Translations under genes and position numbers: made by a program
Origin: an uncultured Poribacteria bacterium
GTDB taxonomy: Bacteria > Poribacteria > WGA-4E > WGA-3G
Reading direction: 5' to 3'
NCBI GenBank assembly: GCA_958296135.2
Contig: CATQHZ020000001.1
Coordinates: 4,192,001 to 4,256,000, forward strand
DNA: 64,000 bases
Notes under the pieces: model-generated
Database searches by the model: none
The model's input: only the letters and a program-made list of their open reading frames with translations
Told to the model about the DNA's origin: nothing
Shown here: positions 1-9,970 of the stretch, in pieces
How the letters are laid out: every line of letters starts with the position of its first letter
Numbering within the stretch: position 1 is the first letter of the stretch

Positions 1-519
1 TGTGAACGCCAGCGCGCCCGCCTTCGCGGCGCAATACGCGCTGGACGCGGGGAAAGACTCCCGCGCCGCAATGGAAAGCACGTTGATAATTTGTCCACTG
101 CCTTGCGCGAACATCGATGGAAGCGCGTGCTTCGCGCAGAGAAAGACACTCTTTAAATTGGAATCAAGGACGCTGTCCCAATCCTCCGGGGCGAAATCCA
201 CCACAGGACCGAAACGGCCGCTGCCCGCGTTGTTCACCAAAATATCCACGCGCTGATACGTCTCCAGCGTCCGTTGGAAGAGCCGCGCCACAGCGTCTAC
301 CTGCGTGACATCAGTAGGAACGGCTATCGCCGCAACACCTTCCTGTCGGAACGCCGCAGCGACGTTCTCAACATCGTCAGGGGTGCGCGCGGCGAGAACC
401 AGCTTCGCGCCTGCCTCAGCGAAAGCGAACGCTGTCGCCTTGCCGATGCCTCGCGATGCACCGGTAATGACTGCAACCTTTCCCGCAAGCGTTTCTACCT
501 CTATAGCTGGGTATCTCAT
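1..519 (-). CDS. SDR family oxidoreductase, 3' end runs off the window (possible sepiapterin-reductase-like role)
   Basis: Not in the ORF track. Manual translation from ATG 519 gives MRYPAIEVETLAGKVAVITGASRGIGKA...LVNNAG...SAYCAAK (TGxxxGIG, NNAG, YxxxK). GGAGG RBS upstream. Confidence 0.9.
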   Translation of the reverse strand, partial: MRYPAIEVETLAGKVAVITGASRGIGKATAFAFAEAGAKLVLAARTPDDVENVAAAFRQEGVAAIAVPTDVTQVDAVARLFQRTLETYQRVDILVNNAGSGRFGPVVDFAPEDWDSVLDSNLKSVFLCAKHALPSMFAQGSGQIINVLSIAARESFPASSAYCAAKAGALAFT

Positions 520-554
520 GAGCGAGTGCCTCCTAGCGCGCCGCTTGTCCTGCG

Positions 555-1136
555 CTACGTGCTATTTTGGATGCATTTCAGAAATTCGGAGCGAGTGGAA
601 TTGTTCTCCCGAAAGATGCCGCGCATGACATTCGTCGTCATCTTCGGTGCCTGCTTCTCAACGCCGCGCGCCATCATGCACAGGTGTTGCCCTTCCATGA
701 CGACAGCGACACCTTGCGGCTCCAAGGCGGTTTCCAAGGCCTCGGCAATCTCGCGGGTGAGCCGCTCCTGCACCTGCAACCGTCGTGAAAACATATCCAC
801 GATGCGCGGAATCTTACTCAACCCGATAATCCGTTGCCGCGGAATATAACCGACGTGACACCGCCCCCAAAACGGGAGGATGTGGTGCTCGCAAAGACTG
901 TAAAACTCGATGTCTTTGACAATCACCATCTCGTCGTAGTCCTCGTTAAATACCGCGTTGTTCAAGATTTTGTCAATGTCTTGATGGTAGCCGCTCGTCA
1001 AAAATTGCATCGCTTTCGCGGCGCGGTGCGGCGTTTTCACTAAGCCTTGGCGGCCCGGGTCTTCACCCAGATTCTCTAGCATCCGCGTGAAGAGCCCTTC
1101 TAATTCAACAGTCTCGTTACGCTGTTTATTTTTCAT
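555..1136 (-). CDS. folE: GTP cyclohydrolase I
   Basis: [26 protein letters not shown] and HLCMMARGV motifs; likely start MKNKQ at 1136. Confidence 0.96.
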   Translation of the reverse strand: MKNKQRNETVELEGLFTRMLENLGEDPGRQGLVKTPHRAAKAMQFLTSGYHQDIDKILNNAVFNEDYDEMVIVKDIEFYSLCEHHILPFWGRCHVGYIPRQRIIGLSKIPRIVDMFSRRLQVQERLTREIAEALETALEPQGVAVVMEGQHLCMMARGVEKQAPKMTTNVMRGIFRENNSTRSEFLKCIQNST

Positions 1137-1197
1137 ACCTATAGGCGTAGCATTGGCACACACACCCGCGCTACGCAAGCAAAATGCGTCTCCATCT

Positions 1198-2025
1198 CTA
1201 TTCACCGTAATAGTCAAAATGATTTTTCGGCGTCTCGCGCAAACGGATACGGTGTAAGGACACCGGTGCTACCGCCGGTGCCAGCGCATCCCACAACACC
1301 TTCACGAAGTTCTCCGACGTGGGGTTCAGCGTCTCGAACTCTGGCGTATCCAGATTGAGATGCCTGTGATCAAACCGTGCATAGACTCGGGTTGCCACCG
1401 CTTCGTCCAGCAGATGCAGCCCCGCGACGAGCCCCGTTTTCGCATCGACATCGCCCTTTACGGTGACTTCAAGGACGTAATTGTGGCCATGCCCCGCCGG
1501 ATTGTTGCACTTCCCGAAGATATCGCGGTTTGCCGCGTCGCTAAGGACGTGGCTGTGCAGACGATGCGCAGCACTAAACTCGTAGACTTTGGTTAGGTAA
1601 ACCATCTGTCCTTCTCCATAATAGTCGGCGAATTGCGTTGTCGCCGAATACAGGCGCACCCGATGCAGCAAGCCGCCCGGCAGAGACGAAGCCAGCCGCC
1701 CCCAAATCTCAATCGCGATGTTTTCGTTCGACGGTTGCAGATGCGGGTTGCGTGAGAACACCGGATGCTGAAGGTTCAAATGCCGATGATCATAGTGTGC
1801 AAGCACTTCTGCCTTCAACAATGCGTCTAACGTCACCAAATTGATAACCATCCCGTTGTCCGCATCGAGTTCCCCTTTCAGCATCACCTCAAGCACGTAG
1901 TTGTGGCCGTGGCTATTCGGGTTCGCGGCGGCACCGAAGAGCGCGAAATTCTCCGCGTCGCTCCATTCCGGGATGCGATTGTAGTGCGAGGCTTCAAAAG
2001 CAGTCTGCCGGGTTAAGTAATACAT
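1198..2025 (-). CDS. Tandem two-domain 6-pyruvoyl-tetrahydropterin synthase (PTPS/QueD family)
   Basis: Two T-fold repeats, each with HGHNY; the second has FSAAHRL...[12 protein letters not shown]...ENF...RET. Confidence 0.92.
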   Translation of the reverse strand: MYYLTRQTAFEASHYNRIPEWSDAENFALFGAAANPNSHGHNYVLEVMLKGELDADNGMVINLVTLDALLKAEVLAHYDHRHLNLQHPVFSRNPHLQPSNENIAIEIWGRLASSLPGGLLHRVRLYSATTQFADYYGEGQMVYLTKVYEFSAAHRLHSHVLSDAANRDIFGKCNNPAGHGHNYVLEVTVKGDVDAKTGLVAGLHLLDEAVATRVYARFDHRHLNLDTPEFETLNPTSENFVKVLWDALAPAVAPVSLHRIRLRETPKNHFDYYGE

Positions 2026-2058
2026 ATCTTCAAAGGAATCACGCGCGGGAAAGCCCTC

Positions 2059-2343
2059 CTACCGCGGTAGTGCTATCAATTCGTCTCCAGCCGACTCATA
2101 TTGCACCGACATGAGCCATTCGCCGCTACCGCGCAGCTGCACGTTGCAGCCTTTTAGCCATGCAATCAAGAGTGTCCGGTCGCGCGCTTCCCACTCGCAG
2201 ACCATCCGTCCGGAGAGTGTATCGCAAAGCACTCGGATGTTCTTGACATCCGCGGTCGCCTCTTCACGGAACCGCTTCAGCAATCGCGCGACATCTTGGC
2301 GCGTCATGCAGGCGATGGCATGTGTCGTGATAAATTTCGGCAT
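2059..2343 (-). CDS. Small hypothetical protein, DUF4242/SCO4226-like ferredoxin fold
   Basis: MPKFITTH...GRMVCEWEA pattern; sits in the operon between rhodanese and PTPS. Confidence 0.55.
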   Translation of the reverse strand: MPKFITTHAIACMTRQDVARLLKRFREEATADVKNIRVLCDTLSGRMVCEWEARDRTLLIAWLKGCNVQLRGSGEWLMSVQYESAGDELIALPR

Positions 2344-2374
2344 AAGTCAAATCCGGTCCATCCTGATTCCGTTT

Positions 2375-3223
2375 TTAGTCGCGGGCGATGGGCGCGCCGA
2401 CAAGATTGCCCCACTCCGTCCAGCTGCCATCGTAGTTGCGCACCTTCTCATAACCGAGCAGATACTTCAGCACAAACCACGTATGCGATGAACGTTCACC
2501 GATGCGGCAGTAAGCGATAGTCTCCTTGTCCGCGTCAACGCCTGCGCCGCCGTAGATTTCCTGCAGTTCGTCGTGAGATTTAAAGGTGCCGTCTTCGGCG
2601 ACAGCGGTTGCCCACGGGATGTTCGCCGCGCCGGGGATATGTCCGCCGCGCTGCGCTGTCTCGTTCATGCCGGGCGGCGCGATGACTTCGCCTGAAAATT
2701 CTGCCGGCGACCGGACATCCACGAGGTGAATCACACCCTGCTCCAACGTCGGCAGGATGTTGTCCTTCGTCGCGCGCACGTTATCGTCAGGAAATTTCGC
2801 CCGATACCCGGTGCTCGGATAAGAGGGAACCGCGGTGACGAGGGCTCTGCCTTCATCTATCCATTTTTGGCGGCCGCCGTTCATCACCTTGAGTAGGCTT
2901 TCGTCATGCCCATAGTAACGGAATTGCCACAACGCGTAAGTCGCGAACCAGTTGTTATTGTCGCCATAAAAGACGACGGTGGTATCGTTGCCGATGCCGC
3001 TGTCGTTGCAGAGTGTCTCAAACTGCTCTTTCGTGAGAATGTCGCGCCGAACCTGGTCGCAGAGCTGCGTCTGCCAGTTGAGCCCGACTGCACCGGCGAT
3101 ATGTCCTTCGGCGTAAGCAGACGTATCGACATCCACTTCAAGCAGGCGGATGCCGGCATCGCCGCCGTGTTGTGCTACCCACTCCGTGCTTACCAAGACA
3201 TCGGGGTTTGCGTAATTTGCCAT
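2375..3223 (-). CDS. Two-domain thiosulfate sulfurtransferase (rhodanese, SseA/CysA type)
   Basis: GHIAGA, GHIPGA, active-site YCRIGERSS, C-terminal YDGSWTEWGN. Confidence 0.95.
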   Translation of the reverse strand: MANYANPDVLVSTEWVAQHGGDAGIRLLEVDVDTSAYAEGHIAGAVGLNWQTQLCDQVRRDILTKEQFETLCNDSGIGNDTTVVFYGDNNNWFATYALWQFRYYGHDESLLKVMNGGRQKWIDEGRALVTAVPSYPSTGYRAKFPDDNVRATKDNILPTLEQGVIHLVDVRSPAEFSGEVIAPPGMNETAQRGGHIPGAANIPWATAVAEDGTFKSHDELQEIYGGAGVDADKETIAYCRIGERSSHTWFVLKYLLGYEKVRNYDGSWTEWGNLVGAPIARD

Positions 3224-3254
3224 TTCTGTTTTAAGTCTCCTTTGTTGTTACTAT

Positions 3255-3283
3255 ATTATACTTTGCTCACAGCAGTTTGTCAA
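3255..3283 (-). promoter_or_regulatory. Sigma70 promoter of the rhodanese-pterin operon
   Basis: TTGACA-17 nt-TATAAT on the minus strand. Confidence 0.8.
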
Positions 3284-3377
3284 CTACCGGAGGCGTTTTT
3301 CGTTTGTCCCGGTAGGCGAGCCCTCCCGGGCTTGATACCCATTGAAGGCCCCGCCTCACTGGGATGTTCACAATACC

Positions 3378-4958
3378 TCATAACCTATTCGTCGTCTTCG
3401 GTGCGGTTTTCGGGACGCGCTCCGCATCCTCATCCGCGAGTGCCGCCGCAGGAATATAGTTGCTGTAATCCGATATATTCCCGTGCGTCACGGCGTAAAC
3501 GACAATGTTGATGAGTTGCCGCGCTGCTGCAGGCGCGAATTCGTCTAACACCTTATTCCGGTCTTGATAGTGACCGAAGAAAGGTTTCTGCACCGCGCCA
3601 TCCATCACGTGTATCATCGCCTCGGTGTCTACGAGAACAGCCAGCCGCCCGTCAATGAAAACGCCTTGCAACTGGCTATACGCTCCATGATGGAGAAGGG
3701 TGCGTCCGATCTTCCGCACAGGAAAACGGAGCGGGCCGTTCAATTCATAGAAACTGTCGTAGAGCTCGTGGTCGCGGGGGATAACCGTGAGGTGGTATTC
3801 CGGCAAAATTTGCCGTAAGACACGCCGCGCCGGACGCATTGCGTCCTCCGTATTGCCGTGCGTCGGCATATAGATAAACCCACCGCGATTGATAACGTAT
3901 TCACGGATGCGCTGCGCCTCCCGCTCGGTATACCCTTTGGTAGCACGCGCACTCTGCGTATCCCAGATAGCGTCGCTGAGACCAAGCGTGTTACTCTGAA
4001 GGACCGAACCAGAGACCGGCTCCATGAAGATAATCGGCGATTCAAAGAACGCCGCATCGGTAATTTGAACTGCGTCAACAAGTTGAGTGTGAACGCCGGT
4101 TTGCGCGTTCAACGCCTTGACTAAATAGGGCAGACCTGCCCCAAATCGGAGATGTCCGATACCGCTGCCTCATATATCAAGGTTCGGGTGCAGCGGATCA
4201 TCGAGCCGGACGAGGTTGAGCCGCCCCAGTATCTCCTTGCCACGGCCTTGGATAATAGCCCCCGGTGTGCCCTTCGGGAGCGGCGGCACACTGTTACCGA
4301 GGACAATGTTCTCCGTAACGTCTGCCAAGGCGGCATTCATATTTGCAACGCCAGCCCCTCCGACGAGCGAGTCCAATCCGGAATGGCTTTTCCCGCGGCC
4401 TTGACTAACTCCACCGGCGGAGCCGAAAGCCCCGCGCCCGGTGCCAGCATCCGCACCGCCGCCATCTCCACCACTGAGTGCTGCTGTGAGGGAACTCCCC
4501 TGACTCAAGCCTGCGGAAATCGGCGCATCCGATTCTATCGCCAGGTCTGCCGCCGTTGAGAGCGGCTGTGTCGTGTCTGGCCGAATAGGCGCTGCGCCGG
4601 CAACGTTCACCTGCTCACGCTTGGGGGCTGCCGGCCTGTCGGCTATCACCGGCATCGTAGATACCGATTTCAGAGACGATGTCGCCTCCCGCGCAACGGT
4701 TTCCGAACGACGCGAAGTCGGCTCAGATTCCCGCGCCACTTGCCAATTGACCACGGGCGTAGGCGCAACAAACGGCTCCGGGGCATTCAACTCCCGCAAC
4801 TTCGCCTTCGGCGGCGTGACGGTGAAGAAACTGACATCGATGGTGTCCCTTGGCATCTGATATTTGACAGTGAGCGCAATATACGCTACGGCGACCGCGA
4901 GGCACACGTGCGCCACCAGCGATAGCGTCAATGCCAAATGTATACGACGCGATTTCAT
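3378..4958 (-). CDS. Membrane-anchored DUF4159-like protein interrupted by one in-frame TGA at 4172-4170 (recoded or nonsense allele)
   Basis: ORFs 4170-4973 and 3378-4112 are in the same frame with only one TGA between them. N-terminal TM and low-complexity linker; C-terminal YVINRGGFI...HELYDSFY...GVFIDGRLAVL. Confidence 0.7.
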
Positions 4959-5015
4959 GATACCTACCTCCATTTCTTATGAAAGGTTAGAACATTACAA
5001 TCTTTATTATCTTAT

Positions 5016-5044
5016 ATCTTACCTGTTTTTCACATATTTGTCAA
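5016..5044 (-). promoter_or_regulatory. Sigma70 promoter
   Basis: TTGACA-17 nt-TAAGAT upstream of the DUF4159-like gene. Confidence 0.65.
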
Positions 5045-5519
5045 GTTTTTTATGCAAAATCCCAGAACGATTCGTTTTCGGTGTTTGATGTCATCCGTGA
5101 AAATCAACACCGGACCGCGCTCTGTAGGGCAGTCCCGCCTGCTCTTGACCTGTTCGGGCTCGGGCACTCCCGAACGACAGAAAGAGGATAACTAAATCGT
5201 CCTGGGGATTCAATGAGCCCAGTGGAGAAAAAAGTGCAAATAGTGTAAGGTGTAAAATGAATGCACGATGCAATGTTTTGACAGACTCATTAGGTGCCGG
5301 ATATAGGCTCGGTTTCTAGCCGCGCGCCTCGGCCCCGGTAGGCGCGGTTTCCAACCGCGCACTTTGTAGAACGCGCTTCCACTGCGCTCCTACCGATTCG
5401 GCACCGGCCCTAAATAACGGTTGATGCTCAACTACAGCGGCGCGCATCCCAAGACGCACCCGCGACAACTAATACGGTGCGCGCTTACAACGCGTGCCTA
5501 CCGATGAGGAGACAAATTC

Positions 5520-7823
5520 GTGACGAATAAACAGATTCTCGCCGCCATTTTGGCACTGCTGCTAACCGCCACCCTCTTTGTGACAACCGCCACCGCCCAA
5601 CTCGAGGCGGCGGTACCGGGTACCGACGCAGCAGTCGTTATCCCCGATGCGGCCTTGGCAGCAGCGATCCGTGAGGCACTCAGCCTGCCTGCCGAGCACT
5701 CCCTCACCGCACAAGACATGTTCGCATTAAGGACACTTGACGCAACCAATCGCGGGATAACAGCCCTCACCGGCTTGGAAGCCGCAACGAATCTTATAAC
5801 TTTGAACCTTGCTGGGAACACCGGTGTCTCGGATGTGTTGCCGCTTGCCAGTCTCACACAATTGGAGGAACTGTGGCTCGACAACACCGGTGTCTCGGAT
5901 GTGTTGCCGCTCGCAGGCCTCACGCAATTGGAGGAACTGTGGCTCGCCAACACTAGTGTCTCGGATGTGTCGCCGCTCGCCAGTCTCACACAATTGGAGG
6001 TGCTGTATCTCCACGGCACTGGTGTCTCGGATGTGTCGCCGCTCGCCAGTCTCACACAATTGGAGGTGCTGTATCTCTGGGGCACCGGTGTCTTGGATGT
6101 GTCGCCGCTCGCAGGCCTCACACAATTGGAGGAACTGTCTCTTGACAACACCGGTGTCTTGGATGTGTCGCCGCTCGCCAGTCTCACACAATTGGAGGAA
6201 CTGTGGCTCGGCGGCATCGGTGTCTTGGATGTATCGCCGCTTGCCAGTCTCACACAATTGGAGAAACTGTATCTCCACGGCACTGGTGTCTTGGATGTGT
6301 CGCCGCTTGCCAGTCTCACACAATTGGAGGAACTGTCTCTTGACAACACCGGTGTCTTGGATGTATCGCCGCTTGCCAGTCTCACACAATTGACGAGGCT
6401 GTGGCTCAACGGCACTGGTGTCTCGGATGTATCGCCGCTTGCCAGTCTCACACAATTGACAGGGCTGTATCTCTGGGACACTAGTGTCTTGGATGTATCG
6501 CCGCTCGCACGCCTCATACGATTGGAGGAACTGTCTCTCGGCGACACCGGTGTCTTAGATGTGTCGCCGCTCGCAGGCCTCACACAATTGACGGGGCTGT
6601 GGCTCAACGGCTGTCCGCTGAGCGATGCCTCCCTCCACACCCATATTCCCGCCCTGCAGGCGAAAGGGATATACGTGGCATTTGATGCCCCTACCGAGTT
6701 GTCGCCTGTCGTCCACGTCGGAACGGATGCACTGCCACCAATGTATTGGATAAACACAACGTATCGCAAGTTGTATCGGCTCACCGGGGATGCCGTGAAA
6801 TACCTTAATCCGTATGTTCAGAACGCCACCAGCATCGTCGTGGATGTGGCAGGAAATAAGCTCTACTGGACAGAGCAGACCGGGGAGAGAAGCGGCAGAA
6901 TTCTTCGCTCAAACTTCAACAGTTTCACCAGTGAATTGGTAAGGGACTTAACCAGCGTGCCGCGCGACTTGGCGATTGACTCGGCGGGCGGCACACTCTA
7001 CTTAACGAACTCCTGGGGTAAGATTCAACGTCTCAATGTCGACGGTTCAGGCTTCCAGCCCAATCTCATCACCGGCTTGGAGTCGCCACAGCACCTAGCC
7101 CTGGATGTGGCGGGCGGCAAGGTTTATTGGACAGCACCGGGGAGCATCTGGCGTGCGACTCTCACCGGCAAAAACAGAGAAAAACTCATCGCAGATTTAG
7201 GTGCTATAGGCAGCATCGCGGTGGCAGGATCCAAGATTTATTGGACAGAGGAGAACAAAAATGACACAAAGAGCGGGAAAGTCCGGCGCGCCGCCCTAGA
7301 CGGTTCCAATGTCCAGACGCTCGCCACGTTGCTGAGCGTTCCGAGTGGGATTGCGGTGGATGCAGTGGGCCGTAAACTCTATTGGACAAATTCCAAGGGA
7401 CGCATCCAACGGGCGAACCTTGCGGGCAACAATATCCAGAATCTGGTGACGGGACTTGGCATGCCTGCCGAGCTTGCGTTGGGACGCACCGGCGGACGTG
7501 CTGCACCCACAGTGCCTGCAATACTTCCAGAAAAAACTGTCCTGCTCCCAAACTATCCAAATCCGTTCAATCCGGAGACGTGGCTCCCCTATCTGTTGTC
7601 AAAACCAGACGAAGTCACTGTGACGATTTACGCGGCGAACGGCGCAGTAGTGCGCACCTTGGCCCTCGGACATCAGCACGCTGGCAGTTACGCAAGCCGA
7701 AGCCGTGCAGCCTATTGGGATGGCCGGAACGCGCTAGGTGAGCGCGTTGCTAGCGGTGTCTACTTCTATACGCTCACCGCTGGCGAATTCCACGCAACGC
7801 GGAAGATGCTCATCCTGAAGTGA
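5520..7823 (+). CDS. Secreted internalin-like LRR protein with LDL-receptor class B (YWTD) propeller and FlgD/T9SS-like C-terminal domain
   Basis: Signal peptide; about 13 22-aa LRRs; LYWT repeats; C-terminal PNYPNPFNPETW...TRKMLILK. Confidence 0.9.
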   Translation: MTNKQILAAILALLLTATLFVTTATAQLEAAVPGTDAAVVIPDAALAAAIREALSLPAEHSLTAQDMFALRTLDATNRGITALTGLEAATNLITLNLAGNTGVSDVLPLASLTQLEELWLDNTGVSDVLPLAGLTQLEELWLANTSVSDVSPLASLTQLEVLYLHGTGVSDVSPLASLTQLEVLYLWGTGVLDVSPLAGLTQLEELSLDNTGVLDVSPLASLTQLEELWLGGIGVLDVSPLASLTQLEKLYLHGTGVLDVSPLASLTQLEELSLDNTGVLDVSPLASLTQLTRLWLNGTGVSDVSPLASLTQLTGLYLWDTSVLDVSPLARLIRLEELSLGDTGVLDVSPLAGLTQLTGLWLNGCPLSDASLHTHIPALQAKGIYVAFDAPTELSPVVHVGTDALPPMYWINTTYRKLYRLTGDAVKYLNPYVQNATSIVVDVAGNKLYWTEQTGERSGRILRSNFNSFTSELVRDLTSVPRDLAIDSAGGTLYLTNSWGKIQRLNVDGSGFQPNLITGLESPQHLALDVAGGKVYWTAPGSIWRATLTGKNREKLIADLGAIGSIAVAGSKIYWTEENKNDTKSGKVRRAALDGSNVQTLATLLSVPSGIAVDAVGRKLYWTNSKGRIQRANLAGNNIQNLVTGLGMPAELALGRTGGRAAPTVPAILPEKTVLLPNYPNPFNPETWLPYLLSKPDEVTVTIYAANGAVVRTLALGHQHAGSYASRSRAAYWDGRNALGERVASGVYFYTLTAGEFHATRKMLILK
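5815..6612 (+). repeat. About 12 near-identical 66-nt tandem repeats encoding LRR units
   Basis: Unit ...ggtgtct(c/t)ggatgt(g/a)tcgccgct(c/t)gccagtctcacacaattggaggaactgt... recurs every 66 nt. Confidence 0.95.
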
Positions 7824-7960
7824 GTGTGTCTCGCAGTTATAGTACCGGTTTCACAAACTGCTAGAATGACGGGGCATGCCATCGCCAGAGGCCGACGGTG
7901 CCTTGGCCCGCCACGGCATGTCCGAACCGTCATGGGCAGTCCCGTGCCTGCAACGATGTC

Positions 7961-8003
7961 AACCCCTGTCGTGGACATTCCCCCCCACGGCGGGGGTTTC
8001 TTC
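7961..8003 (+). terminator. Possible intrinsic terminator
   Basis: AACCCCTGTCGTGG...CCACGGCGGGGGTT hairpin followed by TCTT, downstream of the LRR gene. Confidence 0.4.
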
Positions 8004-8291
8004 TGGAGGTACCCTGCTTTTGCGGCGATGCGTTTAATACCAAATGAGGTTGATTTGTCTCGTCACTGTAAGTCCAGATCGGATGAAGTTTAAAGAAAGA
8101 AACGGCTCATTTTTCCCCGACAGAAACGGGCGGAAACCATAGACATCCGCCCTTACACTCGCAGCGCGTGCTCGCTTCCCGAACATTGTCCGATTTCATA
8201 CTCAACCTTCATCTGCTCCTACCCTATAAGGATGGACCCAGCGTAGCTTTTCATGGGTGCCATCAAAAACGAAAAACTGAATACCTCGGAG

Positions 8292-8321
8292 TTGACACGC
8301 AAACCGAAATTAAGGTATACT
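8292..8321 (+). promoter_or_regulatory. Sigma70 promoter of livG-livF
   Basis: TTGACA-18 nt-TATACT. Confidence 0.65.
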
Positions 8322-8383
8322 ATATTTAGAAACATTGAGACTTGGAGGGCTCTCCTACTGGGGAACACGATTCGGGAGTGAAC

Positions 8384-9166
8384 ATGACAGAAAATACCCA
8401 ACATATCTTGGATACAAAGCAGCTGAGCCGACACTACGGCGGTGTCATCGCCCTGCACGATGTCACGCTGCATGTGCGCCCATCCGAAATTTTTAGCCTC
8501 ATCGGCCCCAACGGGGCAGGAAAAACGACACTGTTTAACTGCGTCACAGGATTGGATAAACCGACAGCCGGAACCGTCAATTTTTTAGGCACACAGATTA
8601 CGGGCCTCCGGCCAGACCAGGTTACGGAGCGCGGCATCGCCCGAACGTTCCAGAACATCCGGCTCTTCTCAGAACTGACAGTGCTCGATAACGTCAAAAT
8701 CGGCAGGCATCCGCGCACGTCGAGTGCACTGCTCGGTGCTGTGCTACGCTCGAAGAAGCAACAACAGGAAGAAGCAGACATCGCCGAACGCGCACGGGAA
8801 ACACTAGTGTTTGTGGGACTCGGCGACGTTGTGGAGCAGACAGCAGGAAACCTCTCCTACGGAGATCAGCGGCGCGTCGAAATCGCCAGAGCCCTCGCAA
8901 CCGAGCCCAAACTCCTCTTGTTGGACGAACCCGCCGCCGGGATGAACCCACAAGAAACACAGGAACTCATCACGCTTATCTATACCATCCGCGAACAAGG
9001 AATTGCAGTACTGCTCATCGAACACGATGTTAAACTCGTCATGCAGATTTCCGACTGGGTCACCGTTTTGGACCACGGACAGAAAATCAGCGACGGGAAA
9101 CCGGCAGACGTGCAAAACGACGAACGCGTCATCACGGCGTATTTAGGAACAGCTGACGATGCTTGA
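8384..9166 (+). CDS. livG: Branched-chain amino acid ABC transporter ATP-binding protein (LivG type)
   Basis: GPNGAGKTT, ARTFQNIRLF, LSYGDQRR, LLLDEPAAG, AYLG; likely start ATG 8384. Confidence 0.92.
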   Translation: MTENTQHILDTKQLSRHYGGVIALHDVTLHVRPSEIFSLIGPNGAGKTTLFNCVTGLDKPTAGTVNFLGTQITGLRPDQVTERGIARTFQNIRLFSELTVLDNVKIGRHPRTSSALLGAVLRSKKQQQEEADIAERARETLVFVGLGDVVEQTAGNLSYGDQRRVEIARALATEPKLLLLDEPAAGMNPQETQELITLIYTIREQGIAVLLIEHDVKLVMQISDWVTVLDHGQKISDGKPADVQNDERVITAYLGTADDA

Positions 9167-9863
9167 ACTCAGGAACGTTCACACCTCATACGGTAATATC
9201 CGCGCCGTCCGAGGCATTTCAATTGAGGTGCATCCGGGCGAAATGGTCTGCCTCATCGGCGCAAACGGTGCCGGCAAATCGACAACACTGATGACTATCT
9301 CCGGCGTTCATAAGCCCGCACAGGGAAGCATCCACTTTGAAGGCGAGGACATTACTGACACCTCGCCTGAGCAACGCGTCGCGCTCGGTATCTCACAGGT
9401 ACCGGAAGGACGGCTTATCTTCCCGGAGATGACAGTCTTGGAAAACTTAGAGCTGGGGGCATACCTCCGAACCGATAAACCCGCGGTCAGCACCGATTTA
9501 GACAAAATGCTTGCCATGTTTCCGGTGCTAGCCGAACGGCAGAAACAGCGCGGGGGCAGCCTCAGCGGCGGCGAACAGCAGATGCTCGCCATCGGCCGCG
9601 CACTGATGTCAAACCCGCGGCTGCTCTTGCTGGACGAACCCTCGCTCGGGCTCGCACCGCTCATTGTCAAACAGATTTTTGAAATCCTCCAGCAGATTAA
9701 CGCCGAAGGCACGACAATTCTGCTGGTAGAACAGAACGCGCACATCGCGCTAGAACTCACACACCGCGGCTATGTCATGGAGACAGGCGAGATTCCCATC
9801 GAAGGCTCTTCCGCCGAATTATTAGCCGATGAACGAGTGCAGCAAGCGTATCTGGGGGAGTAA
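9159..9863 (+). CDS. livF: Branched-chain amino acid ABC transporter ATP-binding protein (LivF type)
   Basis: GANGAGKST, QVPEGR, LSGGEQQMLAIGRALM, LVEQN. Confidence 0.93.
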   Translation: MLELRNVHTSYGNIRAVRGISIEVHPGEMVCLIGANGAGKSTTLMTISGVHKPAQGSIHFEGEDITDTSPEQRVALGISQVPEGRLIFPEMTVLENLELGAYLRTDKPAVSTDLDKMLAMFPVLAERQKQRGGSLSGGEQQMLAIGRALMSNPRLLLLDEPSLGLAPLIVKQIFEILQQINAEGTTILLVEQNAHIALELTHRGYVMETGEIPIEGSSAELLADERVQQAYLGE

Positions 9864-9970
9864 CAATTTTTTCGTTCGCGATGCGTTGTTCGGGTGTCTC
9901 TGGGGTTGAGACGTTGTCTTGTCAGGCCGCATTGACGTTGTCAGTGCTTACGTTTTTGAGGTATAGTTTA

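Noticed and set aside
5498-6784. 428-aa and 242-aa antisense repeat ORFs
   Set aside because: Shadows of the stop-poor 66-nt LRR repeats.
8384-9863. livG/livF without permease or binding-protein genes as a novel system
   Set aside because: Split ABC operons are common; partners are probably elsewhere.
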